Shown: piece after piece, positions 53,463 to 64,000 of the stretch
How the letters are laid out: each line of letters begins with the position of its first letter
Numbering within the stretch: the stretch's first letter is position 1
The notes under the pieces: generated by a model
The model's database searches: none
What the model saw: only the letters and a program-made list of their open reading frames with translations
Told to the model about the DNA's origin: nothing
Assembly: GCF_009914755.1 (NCBI RefSeq)
Contig: NC_060936.1
DNA length: 64,000 nt
Origin: the human T2T-CHM13v2.0 reference genome, Homo sapiens
Direction: 5' to 3' (one strand)
Position numbers and translations under genes: made by a program

Positions 53463-53601
53463 CCCCAGCCTGGCCATCCCCTTCCTCAGCTCCTTCTGTG
53501 TAGGGGTCTCCCCAGCCTAGCCATCCCCTTCCTAAACTCCTTCTGTGTTGGAGGGGGGGGGCTCCCCAGCCTGGCCATCCCCTTCCTCAGCTCCTTCTGT
53601 G
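53463..53601 (+). repeat. 38-bp unit x3 separated by short G-rich spacers
   Basis: CCCCAGCCTGGCCATCCCCTTCCTCAGCTCCTTCTGTG at 53463, 53510, 53564. Confidence 0.92.
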
Positions 53602-54898
53602 TATGTGGGGCTGTGATTCTATGATTCATGTCCTGTCCTCCAACCCCACTGATGACAGATGAAAATCATGGGGACTTGGAGAAAATGAAGATGATTATTA
53701 GACCCTTCTTCAAAATGTAGCTCTGTGATCAAGATTATGGACACTGGTCTCATTCTCAACTGTCTGAAACTACGGAGAAATTTATGCTACAGCAAAGCAG
53801 CTCTGTTTTCGGGGTGTCTACAGGATGGGGTGAAGCCACACTACTGTGGAGACCACACCCTAGAAGATGATCTCATCCAGTCCCAGGGTGTTGATGTTCT
53901 GATCAGTTCCAGATTCAGATCTCCCATCTGAGAGCTCCCATGAACTCAAGAGTATTCTTCTGCCTAGCTGATGTCTCCACTGGGTGTCTCAGAGTCACTG
54001 GGTTCAAGAAGCAACTCTTGACATCCTGTCTCAAATCTGCTCTGCTAACAGTATTCAAATCTCAGCAAATGGGGCAACAGTGCCCTAGTTGCTCAATCTG
54101 AAACCTCAGGAGTGATGGCTTATGTCACATCCATGAGATCATTGGGTTAGCACTGTGCTCAATGTACTGCAAACCTGCCAGCCACTTCCCTCCATTCCAT
54201 GATCATCACCTTCAATGAAGCCACCATGATATGTAGCCAGGGTTAGGAAAAATCTTTGAAACCACTTATCTTGTTTATTTACTCCATAGCATTCGTCACT
54301 CTCAGAAATCCTCCCTTTTCTCTTGCTGTGAATTTACTGTCTGTTCAACCACATCAGAATATAACCTTTAGAAGGGCAGGTCTTTCATGCTGTTCAACAC
54401 AAAGCCTAGGGCTAAGTTCAGGCAGCCTCATGCAAGCGCTTCCTGGCATGCCAGACTCAAGCGTGTCCTTGAACATAACACAGGGCTCTTAGGGCACTCC
54501 TTGAATCAGCATTGAAGTCTTTTTCAATTAACTTCCATTTGTAACAGAGAATGTGCATGATGGCCATGTTCTCTTTGATATTTTAATCCACGTTGGAAGC
54601 AAAATATATCATTGGTGGGTCCCTGTGCATATCTCCAGGGCTTTACATTTCCTGGCTGGAATTGGCAAATCTTGTCCCATTCCTGAAGCTAGAGGTATAA
54701 AATGTGTTATATGTTTACAGCAGTCAAACGTCATCAGATTTCCTCTAGTTCAGAGCAAGAAAATAACCAATTGTTCTTTTATTGGTTGGGAGGTCCACAC
54801 TATAACCACTTTGTGATACATCATTATTATTTTTTATTTCATTAAGCCGGGCTTTGGCAGAAGCATCCTAACTGACATTCAGCCAAGAAAGCAGCTGT

Positions 54899-55030
54899 GG
54901 CTGATGAGCTCAGCTGGTGGGAGCATGGTGTTAATGAGGCTGAGGTCGTGGGTTCAATCCCCACCGGGCTATGGGTTTGTTGAAAATCAGCCAGCTGAAA
55001 TGGTGACCCTAACTATGGCCAACAGCTTAA
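54899..55030 (+). mobile_element. tRNA-Ile(AAT)-like SINE head (MamSINE1-like) or tRNA pseudogene
   Basis: GGCTGATGAGCTCAGCTGGTGGGAGCATGGTGTTAATGAGGCTGAGGTCGTGGGTTCAATCCCC aligns to tRNA-Ile GGCCGGTTAGCTCAGTTGGTTAGAGCGTGGTGCTAATAACGCCAAGGTCGCGGGTTCGATCCCC; stems degraded. Confidence 0.7.
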
Positions 55031-55111
55031 TAATTACATGAGAAAACGTGAACATAGAGCCAAACTATCTTTTCTTCCTAAGGTCCTGGGGCACCTGAGG
55101 TTGGTCCAGAG

Positions 55112-55445
55112 AAGTGGTTCTCAACCAAGTCTACAGAATATAATCCTCCATGGAGCTCTGACAAAATTTCAATGCCTTGGGCCTGCTTCTTCCAATTATA
55201 TCAGAACCTCTGGGGAGTGGGACACAGGCACCAGTATTTCTTTTTCATATCTTTGCAGGTAATTCTCACTCAGTGGTTCTCAAACTTAGCTGTACGTTGG
55301 AATCACCTGGGGAGATTAAACAACACTGGTAGTGGGTCTCACACTCTGATTCTGAATTCATTGTCATGGGTTGCAGCCCGGATCTTGGGAGGCTAAAAAT
55401 CTTCCCACGATATTCTAATAGGCAGCAAAGTGTGAGCACCACTGA
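55112..55445. mobile_element. MER5A/B fragments
   Basis: AGTGGTTCTCAA twice; GAATCACCTGGGGAG; GCACCACTG end. Confidence 0.75.
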
Positions 55446-55893
55446 GAGTGAGTTTTGTCCATGAAAAATGGTCACCTTCCTTAGTGATTCCAGAGTGCCT
55501 TCTACTCTGCTGGACCTGTGAACACACATGCACTCAGACATGGTTCAAGACATGTGACTGGACAGAGAGGGCAAACTGGCAAACTAGTGTTAGGCAACAT
55601 GTTTTCTGCTTGATGCTTAAGAAATGTTAAAATACAATGATGGTGCCATAAAGTAAACACAGAAGTAAGGGAAAAACACTCTGCACAGAGCTGAGGTCAG
55701 AAAGCACCATGCTAGCTCTGCCTTGCAGGTGAGACTGCCTTCTGGTCCAAGGAGATTCTAAGTTGCCATCCACATGAGACAGGATGCCAGTGCAGAGCAT
55801 GGCCTCATAGCTCAAATGTCTTCACCTCCCAGGGCTTCTGTGACCACCGAACGATTACTATTTGCCCCAGGTCCCCTGCTCACAATCACATTC

Positions 55894-56280
55894 TGTATTA
55901 GTTTGTTCTCCCACTGCTATAAAGATACTACCCGAAACTGGGTAATTTATAAACAAAAGAGGTTTTTATTAACAAATAGTTCCACGTGGCTGGGGAGGCC
56001 TCAGGAAACAATCATGGCAGAAGGTGAAAGGGAAGCAGGCGCGTCTTACATGATGGCAGGAGAGAGAGAGATAAAGAGAGAGAGAGAGAGAGAGCACAAA
56101 GGAGGAAGTACCACACTTTTAAACCATCAGATCTCATGAGAACTCCCTCACTATCATGAGAACAGCACCGGGGAAATCACCAGCCTGAGCCACTCGCCTC
56201 CCACCAGGTCCCTCCTCTGACATGCAGGGATTATAATTGGAGATGAGGTTTGGGTGGGGACACAGAGCCAAACCATGTCA
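55894..56280 (-). mobile_element. MSTA-type solo LTR
   Basis: TGTATTAGTTTGTTCTC...GGACACAGAGCCAAACCATGTCA. Confidence 0.88.
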
Positions 56281-56844
56281 CCTCCCCATTCAATCTCCAC
56301 CACAATGCCTCCTTTTTCATTTCTGTAGCACCTAGTTAGAAATTATCTTATTCTTATGTTAATATATGTATAAGTAAATGCATATTTATTTTGTTTATTT
56401 ATGATTAACTTACTTTTAAAATTGTCCATCTCCTGTTTTAGACTACAAGATATATGAGGGCGGGGGCCCTGTGTGTCTCCAGCAGCTGCTGAGTTCATCC
56501 CAGTATACGCTATCATCATCTGCACGCGACAGTTCTTGAGTGAATGAATGAATGAATGAATGGTACCACAGTTTCAGAAAATGGTTTCTTTCCCTGAGTT
56601 ATTCTTCCTTCCTATATTCAAGCCCCTCAAATGATTATTTACCCTTTGAAAATTATGTTCTACTGTAGCAGCTTTGGAAGTTCTTATATCCTGCCTCATG
56701 ATAAGATGTATTTTTGGTGAGGTCAGGATTGATTCTATAAAAAAACATGCTCCCTCGTATGTTGGAGGAAGTCTGAAAAGAACAAGGTGATTATGTCAAT
56801 GTAACATGGAAGCATAGCTTGAAATCACAAACTGATATTATTAA

Positions 56845-57046
<202 letters not shown>

Positions 57047-59343
57047 TATAGATGATATTATTATTATTTTTTACACGATTGGGTCTCTGTTTTCAAGGGT
57101 CAATGGATTCAGTAAAAAAAAGTAAAGTATATATTTTTTGAAAAAATCACAACCTACCCAATTTTTGGAAAGGATGTTCTAAGCAAAAGAGAAAGAAAAC
57201 CACATCAAATGTAAAAACATATCCTGACTTTCAAACCACATCTTTAATGAGGGTTGTAAAGATTATTTCATTTTCTCAACCATTGAGTTAGATATGTGCA
57301 TAAACATAGGTTTTGAAATGTAAATTCTGCTTGGCAAAATATGACTTTAGAAGTTGACATTTAGAAAACTTCATAAAAGTGATTGCAGGAGAAAATAAGA
57401 AATGTACTCCAACAGCTGCTTTAATGCAATGCAGGAAGGATGCTAAGAAATTAAGGAATGGAAATTAAAAGGAGAGAACAGGCATGGAGAATGCACTGCT
57501 GGTCATTTGCAAACCGAGGGGTGTTTGAAAATGTGGAACCCGAGAAGCTATTATGAAGAGACATGATCTGTCTTGTAATAAAATTCTTAGAATTGACGTG
57601 CAAGTAAAGGATTCCAATCCTGTCTCATTGTAGGCTCCGTAGCAACTGCTAAATAGCTAATCTTTTCACACCCGTTCCAGGAGAATTTATGTTAATGCCC
57701 ACTCTGTGTGTTCAAGAAAATAAATCTAGGCTTGACTTTGGCTTTCAAAGTGTGTGCCTTGAAAAAGCTACGTTTCTCCACATCTGATTTATAATGACCT
57801 GCAGGCTTGTTCTCACCTGCCCCAAACACAAAACCAGTATATTTTTTCTGCTTTTACAAAAATGAAGCATAGTGCATGAAGTTCCCTGTTTTGTCTAAAT
57901 CTCGTTAAAATATGCTAAGCTCACAAAATCACAAATCCACACAGGATGCCAATACTAATGACTTATATATGTTAATCTGATAGGTTTTAATAATTGATAG
58001 AAATATAAGTACTATTATTGTGGGAGAGTATAATGATTTTCATTCACAAAGGCAATCTATGTGGGTGAAATCCATTATCTTAAAAGTATTTTGATAAGGA
58101 TAGATGTATGTAGAAAGAGTTAGGCATCTTATATGCAATTGTTAAACTCCATTAAACATGCTCAATAATTAGTTGGCCAAAGAACCTCATTAGATGTACA
58201 TTAAATGTGCTTAAGCCATATTTGAGACACTTCATTAAAAGTGACACAGTGAGCTTTACTGCATAACTTTAATAAAAATTCTAGTCAAATTAAAACTAGA
58301 ATTTAAGCTACTCTCATTCTATCTTTGAGGGCGGACTACTATATTGAGTTTTTTCCCACAGTACACCAGCCTCCGCTATGCTAGGCATTCCATAACTGCT
58401 TTATTCAGGTATAGTTTACCTATAATAAACTCATCCTTTATAAATTGCAGTTCAGTGAGTTTTATTAAATTTATGCATTTTTTCCTTCTTCTAAGAGATC
58501 ACTTTCAATAAAATAAGAATAAATAAAAATAAATGTACGCAATTGTGCAACAATCACCATAATCCAGATTTAGAATATTCCATCACCTCAACAAAGTTCA
58601 TTCACACTCTTTTGTGGGCAATTCTTTCTCTCAGCCCCTAATGGGTTTTTTTTTTTATTATAGCTTTGCATTTTCTGGAAATTACATATATGTGTAATCA
58701 AATATTATATAGCCTTTTGTGACTTTCACTTAGCACGATGATGTTGAGATTAATCCTTGCTGTTACATGTTATCAGTGGTTGATTTTTGTGGCTGAGTAA
58801 TATTTTATTATGTGGTTATATCACAACTTGGTTCCATATTCATCAGTTGATGGACATTTAGTCGGCCTCATTTAGGATATTATAAATAATGCTGATTTGA
58901 ATACTCAACCTATACGTTTCTGTGCAGCCATATGTCTTCATTTCTTTTTGAAGGTGGAATTGCTGGGTCATATGGAAGTTTATGTAACTTTTAAAATCTG
59001 CCAAATGTTAGGTAGTGTGACACCTCTGGCTTTCTTCTTTTTTGCTCAATACAATATTGTTTGGCTATTTGGGGTCTTTTGTGATCTTATATAAATCTTA
59101 GAATTAAAAAAAACATTTCTATGAGAAATGCCATTGGAATTTCAAGGGGGACTGCATTGAATCTGTAGATCACTTTGGGTAGTGTGGTCATTTTAACAAT
59201 ATTAATTCTTTCAATCCATGAACGTGGAATATCTTTCTATTTATTTGCAGCATCTTCAATTTCTCTCAAATATGTGTTACAGTTCTCAGTGTACAGATTT
59301 TTCAACTCCTTAAGTTTATTCCAAATAATTTTATTATGATGCT

Positions 59344-59348
<5 letters not shown>

Positions 59349-59391
<43 letters not shown>

Positions 59392-59422
59392 TATGTGTGT
59401 GTATGAGAGAGAGAGAGAGAGA
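59349..59422 (+). repeat. (TG)n(AG)n compound microsatellite
   Basis: Directly visible. Confidence 0.93.
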
Positions 59423-59479
59423 GTCACTAATGGAATGTTTTCTTTCTTTCTTTTTCAGATAGTTCAGTATTGGTGTATG

Positions 59480-59815
<336 letters not shown>

Positions 59816-60941
59816 TTAATTTTGTATTTTGCAACATTACTAAATTTGTTTATTAGTTCTAGCAGTTTTTCGTGGCGTCTTTAGGGTTATCTATATATAA
59901 GGTCATGTCATTTGCAGAGACAAGTTTACTTTTTTCTTTCCGATTTGAATGCCTTTTGTTTTTTTAAAAAATCACTTCATTGCTCTAGCTAGGAGTTCCA
60001 GTACTATGTTGACTAGTGTGATGAGAGTGGGCATCCTTGTCTTGTTCCTGATTTTAGAGGAAATGTGTTTAGATTTTCACCCTTGAGTATGATGTTAGTT
60101 GTGAGTTTTTCATATACAGTCTGTATTATGTTGAGGTAAATTCCTTCTATACCTACAGTGATAAGAGTTTTTATCACAAAAATGTATTGAATTTTCCAAT
60201 TGTTTTTTCCTGCATCTTCTGAGATGATCATGTGATTTTTATTCTTCATTCTGTTAATGTGGTATATCACATTAATTGGTTTGCATATGTTGAAACATCT
60301 TTGCATCCGGGGGTAAATTCCACTTGGTTATGTTGAACAATCCTTTTAATATGCTATTGAATACAGTTTGCTAGTATTTTCTTGAGGATTTTTGCATCTA
60401 CATTCCTCAGGAATATTAGCCTGTGGTTTTCTTTGCTTGTAGTAGTTACCTCTTCTTCAATTTTTTGAAACTCAAAAGTAAAAGAATTCTTATTTTTCTC
60501 TTTTTGTCATGCCCTATCTTCCCTGAAGCAATATATATACAATAATCTCTTTCCTAAGTGTGAAGGATCACAGGACAGAGTTTAATGCCTGAAAAAAAAT
60601 TGATATTGAGTTAATTTTTATACATGCTGTAAATTTCTTTCTGAGCTCTGCTTTATTCCATAAATTTAGATCTATTGTGTTGAAATTTTATTTAGTTCAT
60701 GATATTTTCTAATTTCCTTTGGGATTTCCTCTCTAAATCATTGGATATTTAGAAAATTATTGTTTAATTTCCATATGTAAATTTCCCAGATTTCTTTCTG
60801 TTACTGATCTTAAATTTAATTTTGATGTCATTGATATTATGCTTTGTAGGATGGCAATTTTTAAAACTGTATTGGTATCTGTTTTATGGCCTAGGATATT
60901 GTTTAACTGATGTTTTATGTGCACTTAAAAATTTGCATCCT

Positions 60942-61150
60942 GGCTGGGTGCAGTGGCTCATGCCTGTAATCCCAGCACTTTGGGAGGCTGAGGCGAGAGG
61001 ATCACTTGGGTTCGGGAGTTTGAGACCAGCCTGGCCAACATGGTGAAACCCTGTCTCTACTAAAAAATTCAAAAATTAGCTGGGCACGGTGGCAGGAACC
61101 TGTAATCCCGGCTACTTGGGAGGCTGAGGCAGGAGAATCGCTTGAACTCT
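60942..61150 (+). mobile_element. AluS lacking its 3' end but retaining both TSDs
   Basis: AAAAAT(T/G)TGCATCCTG at 60927-60942 and 61155-61170. Confidence 0.88.
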
Positions 61151-62704
61151 CCCCAAAAATGTGCATCCTGATGTGGTTCAACGGAGTATTCTAAATACGT
61201 GAATCAGGTCAAGGTGATTGCTAGGCTCTCACTTTTAGCAGGGAAAGATGATGGGTTTTGCCTCTCCATCTCAGACGAGTTTGTCACTTCTGGCTGATAA
61301 AGGGTCTGATCCTCACCACCATCCCCAGATCAAATCTGTCTCTTCCCCTGTCCTAGTCCCTGTGAAATCTGTGGGTTTTGCCCTCCTGATGGTGGCGATA
61401 ATGGGCACTACAGGTGGATGGGTGCACACAGGCAAGACGGCCCCAGACTTGTTGACATTTTTATTCAATGCAATAGAAGGTTTTTAAGACTAAAATCTTC
61501 TGCATTTGATATCTGAGTTTAGTCAATTTCCAACTAAACTTTAAATTATTATTTAAAACAATTTTAAAATTACGATAAAATACACATAATATAAAAGTTT
61601 CCAATTTAACCATTTTCAAGTGTATAGTTCAATAATGATAAGTATATTCACATCGTTGTGCAACCTATCTTTAGAACTTCATCTTGCAAAACTGAAACCC
61701 TACTCACATTAAACAACAACTTCCCTTTACCTTTTCTCTCAAGCCCCTGGCAATCACCATTCCACTTTTTGTTTCTATAAATTTGCCTACTCTAGGTACC
61801 TCATATAAGTAGAGTCACGCAGTATTTATCTTTCTGTGACTAGTTCATTTCACTTAGAAAAATGTCCTCAAGCTTCACTTATATTGTAGCATATGTCCAA
61901 ATTTCCTTATTTTTAAGGCTGGATGATATTCCACTCTATGTATAGATCACATATTGCTCATCCGTTCATCCACTGATGGACATTTGGGTTGATTCTACCT
62001 CTTGGCTATAGTGAATAAAGCTGCTATGAACATGGGTGTCCGAATATCCCTTTGTGACCTTGCTGTCAATTCTTTGGGATATATACACAGATGTGGAACT
62101 TCTGGATCATAGGGTTATTCTATGTTCAATTGAGGAATTGTCATACTGTTTTCCACAAAAGCAGTACCATGTTACATTTCCACCAATAGTGCACAAGACT
62201 TTCAGTCTCTCCTCATCCTCATCAACATTTGTTATTTTCTGTTTTTTTTTTTTTTTTGGACAGTAACTATCCCAGTGGGTTTGAAGTAATATCTCACTGT
62301 GGTTTTGATTTGCTTTTCCCCAATGATTAAGGATGTTGACCATCTTTTCACGTGCTTGTTATTACCCATTTGCACATCTTCTTTGGAGAAATGTCTGTTC
62401 ATGTTCTTTGCTCATTTTTAAATTTGTTTATCTTTTTGTGGTTGAGCTGTAGTTGGAGGAATTATTTATATATTCCAGACATTAACACTATAATGGTTAA
62501 TTTTATGTGTTTAAGAAATCCTTGCCAAATCCAATGTCACAAAGCTTTTTCGTTATGTTTCTTTCTAAGTATTTTATAGTTTGAGAGGTTTTACATTTAG
62601 GTCTTTAATCTAGGTTGCGTTAAATTTGTAGATGGTGTAAGGTAAGGGCCCAACTTCATTCTTTTGTGTGTAGACATACAGTTCTTCTGACACCATTTGT
62701 TGAT

Positions 62705-63140
62705 GAAATGACTGAACAGTGTCCTCGCAAAAGATATGTGCAAGTTCTAACCCTCAGTACCTTTGAGTGGGACCTTATTTGGAAACAGGGTCTTTGCAGA
62801 TGTAGTCAAGTTAAGACCCTAATCTAATGACTGCTGCCCATATAAGAAGAGAGAGATTTGGGAATAGACACGGAAGCAGAGAGAATGCCATCTGATCACA
62901 GAGGCAGAGATGGGAGTCATGGATCTAGGCACCAAGGAATGCCAAAGATTGCTGGCAACCACTGGAGGTCAGGAAGAGGCAAAAAAGGATCTTCCCCTAG
63001 AGTCTTAGGAGACAGAGCATGGTTCTGCTAACACATTGATTTCATTCTTCTACCTTGAGAAATGACAGAGGATACTTTACAATGCTTCAAGTGATTCAAG
63101 TTTGTGAAATTTCTAATGGCAGCCCTAGAACGCCAATACA
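62705..63140 (+). mobile_element. MLT1B/C LTR
   Basis: GACCTTATTTGGAAACAGGGTCTTTGCAGATG...GCAGCCCTAGAACGCCAATACA. Confidence 0.82.
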
Positions 63141-64000
63141 CTTGGTGTAGAACAATTTTGATTTTAGTTCCCTGGTTCTGGGCCTAGATGTTCACTCTCG
63201 ATGTCTGAGCAAAAGTGTTCTTCTCTTTGCAAGGAAAAGGGAGAAATGGCTGTCAGTTTTGCAATCAGTGATGTCTGCCTTCCAGTCTAAAGAGGTAGAC
63301 TTCCATTTTCTAGCATTAGGGATAAAAGTTGACTCAGATTTATTGTAGAACACTTGGAAAATATACGCAAGCATAAAGAATAAAACAGCAATGAGCAGTA
63401 ATCCCGCCACTCAGAGCCACTGCTAAAGTTTTGTTGTGTATCCTACAGGGCCCTTTTAACATATGTGTGTAATTATTTGCTTTATGTATAAAATGACCCT
63501 CTGCCTCACTTTTATGCCGCTGGATACCTTCCATTTTCCAATTTATTGCTAATATAAGTTTGTTCAATGATAGTCTTCAGTTTGAGAAAACTGGTTTGAA
63601 TATCCCCCCACAGTGGCAATTATTATGATACTTAAGTAGACGCTATATTAAAGGCAGGCTGACGTAGCTGAAATACAGTAAAATCTTAGAAAATTTTTGC
63701 TGAATGAATAAGAAGGTTAGAATTGTCCCAAATGAGGATGTATCAACCTAGACCATATATTGTTTTCAAACTATAACAGCATATAAAGGAAGAATGAAGA
63801 AGGTTGTTAGGACCAGCATGCAGAATGATTTCTTCGTGATTTAAAAATCATAAAAAGCTTTATGATTTTGAATGTTAAATTCACTTGCGTTATCACTGTC
63901 CTTTTAAAGACATTGTCTTCCAAGATAGAACTCTTCAAGGTTGAGGCGCTGGAACGTGTTCATACTTGCACTTAATGTCTAATTCCTAAGGCACTGAGAG

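Noticed and set aside
54899-54971. Functional tRNA-Ile gene
   Set aside because: Anticodon and D stems do not pair properly; no T-run terminator right after

Overview
Human (primate) genomic DNA, almost entirely intronic and roughly half transposon-derived (Alu, L1, L2, MIR, MaLR/ERV LTRs, MER/Tigger DNA elements). The only supportable protein-coding segment is one 144-bp, phase-0/phase-0 exon on the minus strand (32732-32875, [48 protein letters not shown]). I recognise it as TMEM132D (probably exon 5, chr12q24.33, from recall). All other ORFs in the track look like repeat-derived or chance ORFs. I see no evidence of a new multi-gene system. The most notable signals cluster around the exon: a non-canonical GC 5' splice site, back-to-back opposite-strand G-quadruplex motifs ~70 nt into the intron, plus-strand splice/polyA signals suggesting an antisense transcript, and sense-oriented THE1 LTRs, one with an intact DUX4 motif. 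Elsewhere there are a 76-bp-arm fold-back hairpin that copied an LTR junction, a locally templated L1 fragment insertion, strong CTCF motifs, several TE-born minisatellites and a tRNA-Ile-like SINE head. Repeat subfamily names come from recalled consensus sequences and boundaries are approximate unless a TSD is quoted.
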